DNA from: Paraspadella gotoi
Taxonomy: Eukaryota > Animalia > Chaetognatha
DNA length: 64,000 nt
NCBI GenBank assembly: GCA_051294375.1
Contig: CM119266.1
Span: 21,341,987 to 21,405,986 of the forward strand
Direction of reading: 5' to 3'
Under the pieces are notes generated by a model. That model ran no database searches and was not told where the DNA came from. It saw only the letters and a program-made list of their open reading frames with translations. A program made the position numbers and the translations under genes. Below are positions 1-14,746 of the stretch, piece by piece; the first letter of the stretch is position 1; each line of letters starts with the position of its first letter.

Positions 1-539
1 GATCCTCTGGCGGGCGGGCGGCGTGCGGCGGTCGGCGGCGGAGAGCGGCAGCGGGTGCGGCGGCCGATCCTAGCGAAAGCCGGAGTCCGCCGCCAAAAAA
101 GATGTTCTTCTTTTTTCCTTATTTTATTTTGGCAAGGAAAAAAAATGAGATGTTTTTTTTGGGGGGGAATTTTCGCATTTTTTTAGAATATTGAAATTAA
201 CAAAAATTACATGATAAGTTAAATTGAATACAACCAATATTAAAATTATCTATGCTTGCGCCCTGACTTGAGCTATAGAGGTTTAAGGCCTCCATTATAA
301 CTTGGCAAGTTAATAAATGAATAATTAAAACGTTTTGAATAGTATTATATATAAGTCAAGATCAATCGAGTATTCTCTTTTCCGCCAAGAACGACAAAAA
401 GTTATAGGTGATTAGAAAATATTTCCAATACAATTTAATACTTTCGTAACATTTAAATTGAAAAAACAACTTATGGCAATAGTAATCCATCATTGCTCTC
501 GTTCTCCGTTCTCCCTCGTCTGCCTCGACGATGATAATA

Positions 540-1530
540 CCTGTCTATTTCCCATCTCAATTCTACTTTTTCCCTGATATACTCCTCCTCGATCTTCTTC
601 CTCCATCGCCCAGCGTTTCGCATTCAACTCTACGTTGTTCCCCATCTCATCTTCCGCCACTTTCCCCAGTTCATTTATCTCCTTTTGCGCGATCCATCTC
701 TCACCTTCTTTCCAACCATCTCCCATCCTCTTTACCCATCTCAACTCTTCCACTCATTTCTTCCACATTCTCAACTCTTCCACGCCTTCTGTTCCCATCT
801 CAATCTAAACTGCCACTTCTTCCCACGCTTAACCTTTACCCATCCAGCTCTTCCTCTTCCCATCTCAACTCATCGCCACCTTCTTTCCCCATCTCAACTT
901 CCCACCTTCTTCCCATTCTCAACTCTTCCCAACCTTCTTCATTCAACCACTCTACCCAATCATCCCTTACCCATCATCAAACTCTCCTCTATTCCATCTC
1001 AACGCTTGCCCACCACTTCTTTCCCATCTCCATCTCTTCCCACTTCTTTGCCATCTTCATTCCTTCCCACCGTTTTCCCAACTCACTCTTCCCACCTTCT
1101 TATCCCATTCTTCACTCTTCCCACATTCTCCCATACCTCAACTCTCCGCCACCTTCCCATCTCAACTCTCATCCCCCTTTCTTTCCGCATCTCAAACTTC
1201 CACCTTCCTTTCCATCTCAACTTGCTCCAATCTATTTCCTCCATTCTCACCTCCCACCTTCTTTCCCATCTCAGACTCTTCGCCACCTATCATTTCCCAT
1301 CTCATCGTTCCCACCTTCAATTTCCCATCTCAATGCTCTTCCACCCTTCTTTCCCATCTTCAACTATCGTCCTTGCCCACTCCTCCCACCTTCTTTCCCA
1401 TCTCAACTCTTCCACCCTTCTTCCGGCAATCTTCAACTCTTCCATCATTCCTTCCCATCTCCAACTGCTTCACACCTTCTTTCCCATACCTAAACGTCAT
1501 TCGCCACCTTCTTTCCACATCTCAAATGAT
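540..1530. repeat. Degenerate pyrimidine-rich minisatellite (core TTCCCATCTCAACTCTTCCACCTTCT)
   Basis: Many imperfect copies of ttcccatctcaact / ccaccttct. The long S/P/H/L/F-rich ORFs here are by-products of the repeat. Confidence 0.85.
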
Positions 1531-2104
1531 AACGGCTCCCGCCAGACCGTTCTTTTCATTTCTTCCCACGCCACATTCTCATCACAAGACGACAAGTGAG
1601 TCATGTTGGTGTGCAGATGTGCCCACCGGGTGTACTTTAGTCGACCCATCCTCAAATGCTAGGTGGTGCCCAACCACCAACCGAAAATTGAAAGTATTGG
1701 GGTATTTCAACAGAGGTGGGAAAGCAGTGAGATGCGCAAAAAGAGAACATACTTGCCGGCACTGGCCGTTCTATTCCATTCAATGTCATTTGCTTTACTT
1801 GATTTCTTGTGAATTTGCAAGTGGACTCGAGGATCCGTTGAGATGGGAGAAGGTGGTGAATACTCGTTCTTTGACCCCGATCTACTGGCGTAAACTGAAA
1901 GGTGTGTGATCTGATGTTTTTTTCTGTCTATCCTGTGTGTTTTATATTAGAATTATTGTGTCTTTCGTGTGCTAGTATGTTTGTCTTCATGTACCATTTG
2001 GTGTTATAATCGGATATGACTTGGTTTGATAGATGCTTTCCGAGCCACTGGGGAAAGAAGGTTTGGAAGCAGTTCGCATGCAATCTTGGTAATCCCACAC
2101 GAAG

Positions 2105-2350
2105 TGGGAGAGAGAGATGGAAAAGGGGGATTGAGCTTTGAATGCGAAAGAAGGTGGGTACTTTACGCCACGAATCTTTGAGAATGGGGCTCAACATACT
2201 ATAGATCACCGATCCTATGATGTACGATTTTGATCCCACACCTGGGAGAGTGGACGAGTTTGGAGATGGAAGAAGGGGGAGCGTTGAGAGGGAAGAGTGG
2301 ATTGAGTGAGATCGGGAAAGAAGGTGGGAGGGTCTGGAGGGGAAAGAAGT
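2105..2350 (-). repeat. Inverted, degenerate copy of the 540-1530 minisatellite
   Basis: gagatgg...gggaaagaaggtgggag units are the reverse complement of the 540-1530 unit. Confidence 0.6.
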
Positions 2351-2629
2351 GAGTCCAGCCTTGGGATCTTTCCCTTTTCGGTCCTCGAACGACCATCGGG
2401 TGGTACTACTCGTGATAAAGGTTCGGCGAGAATTGAGCGCGGGAAGAATCAATGCACCATAATGAGAATCAGCCTAATAGACAGATGAGTTATAATCAGG
2501 TGAGAAAGCGACCGAATGCCAGTCGGATAGGTCGGATGCAAGCGAATAGAACAGAGGGAGGGAAGGAGACAGAGAGAGAGAGAGAGAGAGAGAGAAGAGA
2601 GAGAGATGGAGAGGAGAGAGAGAGAGAGA

Positions 2630-4297
2630 GAAGAGACAGACAGACGAGACAGACAGACAGAGCAGACAGACAGCTGACGGGACAGGACAAACAGACAAGA
2701 CCGGAAGATAAAGCAGAATCTCGGAGATATGATCAGACAAGGACAGCCGCCTTGATAATGAGCATGTAAGCAGTGGTTAAAAAAGTAAGTGGACTTCAAT
2801 AAGAAAAGTATTGTGGTAAAGACAAGCTGAGTTTGAGATTTGGAGAGAAGAATACCGGATTTCTATCAATGTCTCTAGTGGTGTACATTGTACACGTAAT
2901 GAAAGAGACTGTAGGAAAAGCAGACGCTCGCACTGAAATTCCATACAGAACCTACATTCGGTCAGTCGGTTTCAAGAGAGCAACTAATTAAGTGAGCCTT
3001 CAACGTGCCTCGAAGTTAGGCGGAATTCTTTACATTTTTTTTGTTGTCACTCGTTTCAAAGACGGTGAGTGGAGTGGACGTCTCGACAGGGACTATGCGA
3101 GGATAGGGTCGGATGTTATACATTGGGGATCGTGATTATTTGAAAATTGATGTTGTGGTTGCAGGTGTAAAATAGTGATTGAGTCCCGAGTTAGTAGGTT
3201 ATATCAAGTGATAGAATCCACAAGGTATTTGATTTTCCTGAAGTGTATTAGTCAGGGAAGAGTATAGATAGAATTTCGCGGCGAATGTGTCGAGTATATC
3301 TATATTGAGTTGTGGTTTGGTATTAATTGTTATGATATATAGTATATGTGTGAATTATAGTACGGGAAAATGCACAAGGTAGAAATTGAGGATCATAAAT
3401 GGTAGGTTTATATTAAAAAAGAGGTTGATTACATTTGAGTAGGTTTCTAATTGTGACATTCAGTGTTTATTAATGTATAGTAGGGACGCTAGTAGGAAAA
3501 GAAGATCCGAGGGTTGGGTCAGACGAGTGTTGTACTATAACTCAGAATAGAAAGGTGATATTGTTAATGTTGTGGTAAAGATGGAGGTTTAATGAGGCAA
3601 TACGCGATATGTGCCATTTCATCAGATTTAGGGATCAAAGAGGAAGATGGGTCAATTTTGCGGATGAGCGATCGCCTAATCCTCGTTTGCAGGAGGGCGT
3701 ATGATGACAGAAAGGTGGGAGGAGAGAAGTGTGAGGAATCGGAGGAAGGTGGGAATGAGGAGATGGGGAGAACGAAAGGTATAAGCGTCAGCAGCCGCGT
3801 GCCGGCGGGGAGGCAGACGGGAAGGGAGAGGGCGGGCCACACACGCAAAGATACCAAGAGAGAGTGGAGGAGTTAATATTTGACGGGCGCATATCAGGCG
3901 TTTTGTTCTTTATGCCAGTTTTATTTACGAAGGTATAATGTATTGGGAAATATTTTTAATCACCCCATGAAGGACTGTTGTTGTCGTTCTGGGGAAAGAA
4001 ATACTGATGTGATTGTAGCTAGTAATGAGAGAGGAGGGATGTCAGAACGTGGTTAATTGAGTTCCGTAGGTTCTGAAATTTAAGTTCAAGGCTAGTAAGT
4101 GGAGGCTAACTCTAATTCAGGCGAGGCGCAGAAAGCAGGGCAGAAAATATATGCAAAATTGTTTCGTATTTATATATATATAAGTGTATCTGAAAAGAAG
4201 TAGATGATGGAGGGGATATAAGAGTAAGTAAAAGAGATGAAAAGTTACATAGAGAGAGAGAATTAGTCATCATGAAGTAGAGAGATGGAGTAGAGTA

Positions 4298-4332
<35 letters not shown>

Positions 4333-7300
4333 AGATTGAGAAGAGAAAAGAGCAGAGGAGAGAAGAGAAGATGAGAAAAAACGATCATCAAAACTTATGA
4401 CGTTCTGGTACTCCGATGATGAAAGTATCGACAGCACACACGATGAGCGACTATGAAATGTGTCCTACGGGAATGTCTTTATAAAGAATTAAATCATTCC
4501 TCTTTTTTTTAAATATTTTAGGATTAATACACAATCTTCCCACTTCTTTCTTGCATTCGTTTAATACCCTTGGGTCACAAAGTTTTCCAAAAATTAATAT
4601 TTTCATTAATTAAGTATATAAAAGTATTACTAATCAGATTAACTCAACTAGTAAGAGGATTAATTATTAGACCAAGAATCATCATATATTTTGCTTCCAG
4701 CACGTGTTAAAATTTTTTTTTTTCTAATGTTTTACGATTTTACTCGTAAATTCCCACCTAGAATCGGCAGGCAGCTCGGGACTTCCGGAAAACATGAGAC
4801 ACATATGTGGTTCTCGAGGGAGCGGCTAGAGGACGGCGCGCGACAGCAACGACAGCCGTGGAGTTCGGCCGGGTGCCCGCGATCTCGTTCCGCACCGGCA
4901 CCGGCTTAAGCCGGCTCGCATCCGTGACCACTACGCCGGGGCGCATAATTCGGCCCCTCGTCCATCAGAAGGATTCGTGCCTCTCTTAAACCAAGCTAAC
5001 CGAGCAATCGAATAAATTTACTTGATTGGGTCTCATTAAGGTAGTGCAGAAGTGTCATCACCTGGTCGGGAAGCCAGCTTCACTTTTTCTTTTCAATAGG
5101 AAACGGGTGGATGATTGGCAGTCTTGGCAGGCGGTTCGCGGAGATTAAGCCGGGAACAAAGCGTCAGGGGTGCATCCGTCACGTGCATACGACGTAACCG
5201 TCCTCGTCTTTTTTTAATTTTTTTTTATACCTTTCGTTGTCATTTAAATTCGGGCGTGGAATCTCAAAAATATCAAAACTGACGAACCGGCTGGCGGCAG
5301 ATCGCAAGAAGGGGGGGGAGAAGGAAGAGGGCAGGATATAGGCATGAGGGCGATCAGGGGAAGGGGTGCGGGAGCGGGCTGGGGTTCACAGGGTCGGAGA
5401 GGGATGAGAAACGAGATTCATTCTGGATCGAATCTAGTACTTAAAGATCAAACTCGTTCGCCGCCTCGATCCGCACTGGTGTGTGCATCTCGACTCGATC
5501 GCCATTCTGGTTCTTTTCTCTTGTTCCTTTTTATTACCTTTGGTGAACCGTGGAGCGTACGGGCGCGATAGGAAGTAACGTGTAGTGGGGCGATTGAGAC
5601 GTCTGTACCAATGTGTACTCCTCAAGTCTATGGAAGTTGAAGAGAGGAGGGGGCCAGATCGAAGAGAGCTATGAGAGGACGAGAGACGAAGAGCAGAGAG
5701 AGAGAGGAGAGAGAAGAAGACGAGAGAGAGAGGAGAGAGAGCAGGGTTTCCGGAGTGCGAGCCGATGTTACCGGGTAGGATACTCGACCGCCGCACCTAG
5801 GACCGCGCGTCAGCGCGCGGGGACGCAGCTTCATGGAAAGGTTTCTCTACGGCCGAGCCAAGCGTGGAGAAGGCATAATGGCGGCCTCCGCCGTGGATCG
5901 GCGCTTGGATTTCTTGCGCCTCGCGTTCTTTCAATTATAATACACATGACGAAGGGCGGAGGGTCGAGGGGTGGAGGTGAAGTGAGCAGGAGTGAGGGCG
6001 GAGGGCCGTATGAGGGGGTGGAAGGGGGCGGAGCCGGGGTGGAAGAGCGGATTGGGTGAGAAAAGGATCGGACAGAGTTTGGGGTATGATAGTCTATAGC
6101 GCGGCGTGGGAAATATTCAGAGATTGGGCGAGGGACTTGTAATTGTTAATTGATGATAGATAGGCCGTCATGGCGATCGCTATGGTAACTACACTCTTTC
6201 AAATATTATTCTTTAGTTTCGAGCTCCACACTCTCACGATGGCGATCTGTGAGCTATAACCTAATAGGGGATTATCTTCCTTGTCTCGTATAACGGTTTT
6301 TTATAACCAAGTGGAGATTTGTTAGCTTTAATTGTAAAGTCTGGAAAGGTATCGGAACTAATTTTGGTTCGCAGACGTTTAACCAAGTTGGTGAGTATTA
6401 TTGGTCTACATTTGGTTGTTATGACACTATAGAGTTTGATAGATAAATGTGAAAGGTGGCGTCGCGTTGTATCATTATGGTAAGATAAAGTAGGCACTTT
6501 AAGGATGAGATGATTAAAAATATTGTATACAAATAGTAGCACATGCAAACTTTAGAGTTGTATAAGAGGTTGTCCATGGAAACTGGAAGCGTATGACAGC
6601 ACATGGATAAATACGCGTATAGTGAGAGATGATGTATTGGTTAGAACGCATAGAGCAATGAGTGGGAAGAACACGATGTATGGTGTATTTTAGTACGAGG
6701 AATATGTGTAAAGAAGGATATGATTGAGGTATTAATTAAAGAGGGAACGCAAGCATGAGGGAAGATGGAGCACGGATATACAATAGTATTTGTGATCTTT
6801 AACGCTCAGGATTACATCCGCGGGGGCATTCGGATTAACGACAACTGCCTTCTCCGTTTGAGGGTCGAGATAATCCCAGGTGTGGTTTGTTAGCCTAGCG
6901 GAGGTGGGCGGATCGACCGCGAGAGATGACGACGTCGCAGTGAGACCGACAGACAATCATAAAACCTCCTATCTGGTGAGCGTATGCTTCTGCATGATCT
7001 CAACAGCGGCCTCGATTCAGAAGAGGACTATGGCGATCATACATTTACAATCCGAATAGCGGAACCGGGCGCTCTTCATGAGAGTCGGATTGACAAATTT
7101 ATCGGAGGAATATCAGTAAACTGGAACATAGGAAAAGGGTAGAGGTTGATTCTCATAGAGAGAGAAGGAAGAGAGAGAGAAGCAGAGAGAGAGAGGGAGA
7201 GAGAGAGAGAAAGAGAGAGGAGAGAGAGAGAGAGAGAGAGAGTAGTATAGAAGAGACTTGAGAGGATATTTCTGAGAGAGAGATTATTATTGACTCTGCA

Positions 7301-10285
7301 TCAGTTTCTTGCTTTTTTTTGGCGAGCATAAGTTGTGTCTTTCGTCTATCTTTATTTCCTCTCATCAATGAAGTCAAATGCATAAGTATAATAATATATC
7401 TGGAAATATAACCTATATATCTTTTTTATATTTGCTGCCCTGCCAGCGAGGTAGTTCTTCGCTCAGAATTGCTGTTATAAACGTGCGTACAAGCTAGGAG
7501 TCAATTTATCACACGTAAGTCGAGAGAGAAAATACACATGATAAAAAAAGGACGGTCACTGCGGGGCGGCAACACAAAATTGAATATGATATCCTTAACT
7601 TCGTAGTTTATAGTCGGAAGGAGTTTCGCATATAAGAATTAGGTTTAAAGGTCTTAAGATATGCGATTTCAGGTTGAAATATAGGTTCTCTAGCATTGGT
7701 ACTCGATGGCTAAAAGTGAAGTATTAAGGTGATCGATATGTAAAAATAGTGAGGATGAACATAAATGGGTTATTAGGTGTTCACGATAAAGGTCCTATAG
7801 GTTATCGATTTATTTAAGGGTTGAATGAGTATTAGGTTATATTAGAAAGCTTAAAATTATACAAATAAACATAACTAGGGTCTTAAATTATGATTAAGTA
7901 TTCAAGAATTCTTTCAATGATGATAGAGAAAAATTATAAGAATATGTATAAATAACGAAATTTATAATAAATATTTGGTAAACAGTATAAATCACTAAAG
8001 AATATGCCGGAGATACTAGTACTTTTCGGAAAAAAAAGTGCGAAGTATTGTGGGGGACCTAAAAATATATAAATTAAGGAATTTCGAGAAAATGTTGATT
8101 CAGGAAACGAAGAGATGTATATGGACTATACGGAAAAAGTTTTCCGGCTCACTCTCGAAGATGCACTTCTCAAAGCCTGGCAAAGTGCCATCGGGCCTGA
8201 CAGCGTTTGAGTTTGGTTGCTCCCACATTATTCTCGCCCTGCGTTTTTGTTCTGGTCCACTGTAACGTCTGAAAAGAGGCTCACTTTGTGTAGCGACGAC
8301 GATCGAAAAACGCAGAGCGCACGATGCTCAGAGCGCACCGAGAGTGACGAGGATACCATGAACGAGATCTCTACGAAATGAGAGACGCACTGTACTTTCG
8401 CAAATGACGACATCGATGTGCGGCGTGTGCGGACAGTGGGTGCAAGAAGAGACAATATTGATGCCAGCAGTATAATTCTGAGATGATATGAGAGAAGCAT
8501 GGATAATCATACGCAATTGTCTCTATTTCGTTGTATGAAATTATATAGAGTCGATGTAGTTATATTATATCATGAGATGTGAGCAAGAGAGAGAATAGAT
8601 GGGCCATGAGAGAAGTAATGAGGAAGGAGAGTAACTCGTATGGCAACTACGCACAGGAATCGGAGACCACACAAGATGCTCAGGTACCACGTAGATTCGA
8701 GGAGGAGACAATGTACGGTAGAGTGATCGAGAGAGACGGAAGCGATGAGAGGCGAGAGTAGATGCAAGCTAAGACCGGCGACAGAAACGCCGGCAGACAG
8801 GACAAGATCCAGGGAACAAAAGACGATGGAGAGATGCAGACAGGATGAAGAGAGAGTGGGTATGAGGTAGACGGTTGTTCATGCTCATATGAGGCTGTCT
8901 GAAACGATAGTAAATTAATCTTTTCGTTTTTAAAATACAACTCTACTTTTTAAGCAACTTTTCTCTCTGGTACTGTGAATGATGATATCCAACTTATATG
9001 GGACTATTCAATTGTTCATGTTTATATCTTTTGTTTTTATAAATTTCATAGTGGAGAAAATAAGAGTAAGGGGGAAAATAGCCCGTACCTTCTAAAATCT
9101 CTCCATTTATCGATCATCCTACCTTTTTACTGCTCAGCCATCGAATGCCTAATCTCGTCTCCTGCAGTCCTCATGTGTACGTCTCTTCTGCTGCCTCTCA
9201 CTCAAAAATCAAATGTATTGCAAGCGACCTTCTTCTCTTTTCTGCTTATGTGACAATAAAAGTATGCTATCATAGACCCAAATTATCTGCAAGACAATCA
9301 AGAATCACATTTTACGCTGCTCGATTGCTTCATAATCTCTTGGCTCTCAAGCTGCTCTCTCTCTCTTCACTCCACACTCTGCGCTCTACTCTCATGACTA
9401 CTCTCCTCTCTTTAACCAGTCTTCGAACTTCACATTATGTATTTTGCGCTATAGTCACTCGATTCTAAAATCTCGGTTATCTGCATATTTATGATATGAT
9501 TCTTATGCATGGCATGTAGAAAAGATGAAGTGACAGAAAGAACAGATAGTAGTTTATGATTAAAGAGCTCAATCACCCACGCAGCAATCTTGAAATGGAT
9601 GAGAACAAAGACGAGGCTCGGAAAGCGGTGAAATATGAGAGGGAAGAAGGAGGTGGATGGGAAGAAGTGTGTGGTAACAGATGTGGGTAGCATAAGGTAG
9701 GCTGTGGGGGAAAGGGGAAGTTCTCAAAGAGAGCATTGGCAGTGGATCTGCTGAAAGATGGGTTCGATAACAGTGGTCGAGCCGGATGTGTGACAGAGGA
9801 TGGAAGCGGGTGTAGAGGGTAAAAGTGGGCTCAAAAGTTCTAGCAGATTAATCAAGGTGGAGCATATCAAGAAACAGCATGGACGATATTGGCTAAGTTG
9901 CTAGAAGGGCGACCCGGCTTACACGGGAACGCTTAGAGAGAGCATCAGGGAGATAAATGAGTTAGAAGGGCATAGCACAAGACCGAATAGGGTAAAATAA
10001 ACAGCAGTGCAAGGAACGGGGTAAGCCAACAGAATGAGGAGCGTTCGCTAAAGTAACGCAGGACGTGATTAAGTCTCAATCCACATGGGGGCTTTAATAG
10101 GAAAAAAAACCACTCAAAAAATGTAACGTACCTGGTATCCAAGTCTCCGAAGGAACACGCGCGTTATTCTTGAAGAAACGATAACGGGAAGCCACGCGTC
10201 GCGCTGTCGACGAGAGGAGTTGTTCGTGTGCAAGACGCTCCTAAGATAGTCATCTTCAGCCCTCTTAGCGCGTTATCCACAGAAT
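2630..10285 (+). other. Insertion-riddled duplicate of ~13447-17095 (astacin locus); probable unpolished long-read sequence
   Basis: Colinear anchors: gacgggacaggacaaacagac (2676/13476); gcagacgctcgc; tatcagattaactcaactagtaag-like (~4633/~14611); caaatgtattgcaagcgacc (9210/16631); gatagtcatcttcagccctcttagcgcgttatccacaga (10246/17057). The differences are mostly scattered small insertions. Confidence 0.85.
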
Positions 10286-11606
10286 TCGAGTGAGCGCGCC
10301 AAGAATGAAGGCGCAAACGACATGCAGTTGCGCCAACCCGATGGATATAGACGCGGGCCTTTTATTTATCACCAGGCATCACCGGACAGCAGTGTATAGC
10401 ATAAGACCGCGGTATAACTTTACGACACGGGGCCGTTCTCAAAGGGTGGTCCGTGGCGTAATTGATCCAATGAGAACATCGAGTAGCTAGGTAAGCGTTA
10501 AGTTTAGGTTATAATAATGAACTGTCCAACGGTAAGAGCTACGTGTATTACGATAGCGCTGCTCTGCTCAGACAGTAACTTACGTTATCTGTTTGTATAT
10601 ATTTCGAGAACCTACTCACACATATGATAACAATGTAATTGCATGACTTTACACCGGTCTCGTCATACCTCATAGGGATCACTAACTCCGTCATCCAGGA
10701 ATTTCCTAAATCGGCTATCCTGCGTATCGTACGACTATGCGCTCTTTCTATTCAATTTTATTTGATTTTCTTCTTCTTTTTTCTTTCTTTTTGTCTTTTT
10801 TGTGCCTTATTTTTTATTTCTTTCTTTTTTCTATGTGTTTTTATTTTTTTTTATTTTTTTTTTATTCTGCCTTTTCCGCCCTCCTGACCTTTCTTTTGGT
10901 GGGTAAGCAAGGTGAATGAACATCATTCCCCAATCCCAATCCCCCATTTCCCAATCCCCAATTCTCCCCGCTTTGGCTTCGCTTATCTCCCAGTACAATA
11001 AACCCGCATTTTTTTTTTTCTTCTTCGCCTCGACGAATATTTAGACGGAGACCGAGAGCCGAGCCAAGAGGGTAAGAGTGTGAGGAAGCGTCCTTACCCG
11101 GGTCAACACGAGCGGACGAACTCCGAATATCGGTTTACTTACCCTTCGACGAGGCTTGCTACTTCCTCGACGATGCCCCGTTTTAAAAATCCGACAAGGA
11201 CGGTAAAGTATGGTATTACGTGCGAGCGACATCTGCAGTAATTTGCCAGCGGTTATTGAACATTAAAAAAAGAGCAGATGGATGATTTTTTAAACGAACT
11301 GCCCCTGCTTTTTATTTGATATATGATTTGAACGTATGATCATTAATTTTATCAGAATCAACTATCCGCATTAAGAAACGTTACATTATCGTAATTGTTT
11401 TTACTTAATGTATTAATGTTTATAAACCATAACGTCATATGTTGTCGGCAGATTATCCTCGAGCTCTTCTAACGATTTACGCAGTCGCTGTACAAAGAGC
11501 ACGAGGCTAACGGGCAAGACTGCGCCGGGTTGGCCGACCTGCCCATTCGTTTCTTTCCATAGCCGAGATAAATATCCTCAAATCCCCCGGGCAAGAGAGA
11601 GAGAGA

Positions 11607-11653
<47 letters not shown>

Positions 11654-13446
11654 AGAATTGCAATACGGAGAGCCAGGTCTGTTTTCTTAATGTTCAAAAT
11701 TGGCTTCTTTATGTCCGAAACAGGGTAAGTTCGAATAACCTTGTAAAGTTCTCTTCTCTTCTCTCTTTCTCTCTCGGCAGTGGCGCGGCCGAAACGAGGG
11801 AACCGCATGGCGAATTTAAACCTACTTTTTTTTTTCGTTTCTTTTCTTTTTCTTCTTTCTTCTTCTTTTCTTCTTTCTCCTTCTTTTCCTTCACACACTC
11901 CAGTTGTCTACTATCTAGTATCCACTTTCCCACTTTTTTCTTTCATGTATAAAATACTTGGTATATAAATTCTTAAAATTATATCCTTTTCTTACCTTTA
12001 CTTCTTCTCCCATTTCTCTTTTTCTTGAGCATCCTTCAAGAGTTTTTAACTCTCTATTTCCTTCTTCCTTTTCTCCTTTTTAATTCCTTTACCACCAACG
12101 ACCCAACTCGAGAAACTACTTTAGCAGCCGTTAAAATCTGCGACTCTTCTTTTCTCAGAGCGCCATCGCGGTAATTTTATTATAACCTTAGTATTTAACT
12201 TTTTAACATATAACTTCCTTACCCATCAAACTTTAACTTGATTCATAAACCCTGATCCTAACACGTTAGTCCCTAACCCCTAATCCTTAAACCCTAATAA
12301 TTAACCTAATTTAAACTAATTTAACTAATCCCTCACCTTATTCACTAGGCCCTAATCCCTAACACCCAACCTTCAAAACCTAATTTTTAAGTTCAAAAAT
12401 GAACGTAATTCCAAATTTTAAAAATTAAATGGGGACGACGTTTTGGAAAAAAAAAGGGCCTGAAATGGTCTCCCCATTCGTTTAACCAGTGACCACCTTT
12501 CCAATCTTTTCCATCTTTACCAAAAAAACAAAAAAAAATACTGACCTGATTCCACTTTCATTATGCGTCTGATGTTTATTTCATTCCCACCACTCTTGTC
12601 AAGATTATCTTCAAAACAGAATCAACCCTGAGTTCGCCATTCCTATTCAACACCGACTTTTTACCCTCCCCCTTCCAACCTCCCCTCCTACCCCACCCCC
12701 CAACGCGACTCAACGATTCCAACGTTTTCCGAAACTCCTTAAATGGGACCAGCCTCACTCCCCCCTCTCTCTTTCTCTCTCTCTCTCTCCTTCTCTTCTC
12801 TCTCTCATCTCTCGCTCTCTCTCTCTCTCTCTTCCTCCCTCCCTTCCCTCCATCCATATCTCGCCCTCGCCCAGAGGAAGAAGGGCTCGTTTTTTACTGT
12901 TGACCATTAGCTTGACCTTTACAGTAATGTGTCATTACCTATTACTAGTTTTATGCAAATTTGGTTTGAACTGCTTCGACCTCCGGCCACGTTCGCGGTC
13001 TGCGGCCACTTGCGGCGGGGCCTCGAGACGGCGCGGCGGCGGCGGCCGGCTGGCGCACCGCGCCGGCGGAAGCGGGGAGAATAAAACTTCGTAAACCGCG
13101 GACCGATAGCTAGGAGACATGCGGAAATAAGAAAGTAAAGAGAGATAAGGGTACGTGCAGATGTGCTTTTGAGAGAGCGGTGCGCCCGTCCATGCCGTGT
13201 CGGGCGGCAGAGGACGATGCTGAATCGGGCAGCGAGGACCGCAAAATGGAAGCGGACAGCGAGGACGATGTCGAAAGCGGGCAGCCAAGTTATGAAAATT
13301 CAAGGGTTGTGAGAGAAAAAACGACGAGTACGGGCCTAGAGCGAGCGGGCAAAGAATGAACGGATTGAGATCGAGCTGGTGAGGCAGAGCGGGCCGAGAA
13401 CGACATGACTCATCTCTCTCCNNNNNNNNNNNNNNNNNNNNNNNNN

Positions 13447-13477
<31 letters not shown>

Positions 13478-14746
13478 GGGACAGGACAAACAGACAGACA
13501 GAATTTTAAGTAAACAGAACTCGATTGTCAGACAGACCCTTGATAAGTAGCATTAACGTTTAAAAATAATCCTTCAATAAAAAAATGTTAAACAAGCTGA
13601 GAGTGAGAGAAAATACCTTTCTATCAAATGTCTCTTGTGTACATGTACACTTATGAAAACTGAAAAAGCAGACGCTCGCGAAATTCCTCAGCCTCATTCG
13701 TCAAAGTCGTTCAAAGCCTAATTAGAGCCTCACGTTCCTCGAGACGAATTCTTTACTTTTTTTTTTGTCTCGTTTCAAAGACTGAGGAGTGACGTTCGAC
13801 AGGGACTGCGGAGTGGCGATGTACTTGGGGATGTTTTTGAGAATTTGTTGTGTCATGTAATGTGTTATGCCGATTAGTAGTTTTCAATGAAAATCCACAC
13901 GTTAATTTCTGATGGTTTTGTCAGGGAGGATTTGTTAAATTTCGCGCCGAAGTTGCATTTCTAATTTTTTTTTTTTTTTTTAATATTTGGTGGAATTATT
14001 CGGGAAAACCAAGTAAAAATTGAACAAAGTTTTTAAAAAAATTTTACAATTGTAGTTTCTTTGTACACAGTGTTTTATTAATATAACTGTAGGAAAGAGT
14101 CCGATTTCACATTTTTCTATACAATGAAATTGATAATTGTTAATTGGGTAATGAGCACAACCGGATATTCCTTTCTCAAGATTTAATCAAAGAGAAGATG
14201 TCAATCGATGGCGTCGCCTCTCTCGTCGAGGGCGTTGGCAAAGAAGGCGGCGGCGGCGGCGGCGGAGAAGGCGTCGGCGGCGGCGGCAGCGGCGNNNNNN
14301 NNNNNNNNNNNNNNNNNNNNNNNNNNNNNNNNNNNNNNNNNNNNNNNNNNNNNNNNNNNNNNNNNNNNNNNNNNNNNNNNNNNNNNNNNNNNNNNNNNNN
14401 NNNNNNNNNNNNNNNNNNNNNNNNNNNNNNNNNNNNNNNNNNNNNNNNNNNNNNNNNNNNNNNNNNNNNNNNNNNNNNNNNNNNNNNNNNNNNNNNNNNN
14501 NNNNNNNNNNNNNNNNNNNNTTTTTTTTAAATAATTTTTAGGTTAATCCTCGTCGCTCGTTATTATTCCCAGTTTTCCAAATATATTTCATTATTAGTTA
14601 TAAAAGATTATATCAGATTAACTCAACTAGTAAGTTATTTTACGTCATCTTTTTTTGTCCAGCAAGTGTTAAATTTTTTTTTCTAATGTTTTACGAATTT
14701 TACTCGTAAATTCCACCAGAACCACAGCTCGATCGAAACGACAAAT

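Noticed and set aside
531-1599. 320-aa and 304-aa S/P/H/L/F-rich ORFs
   Set aside because: Open in several frames because the pyrimidine-rich minisatellite lacks stop codons; no domain-like sequence.
14200-14294. Ala-rich ORF entering the N gap
   Set aside because: A short (GGC)n-rich stretch truncated by Ns; strand and frame cannot be determined.
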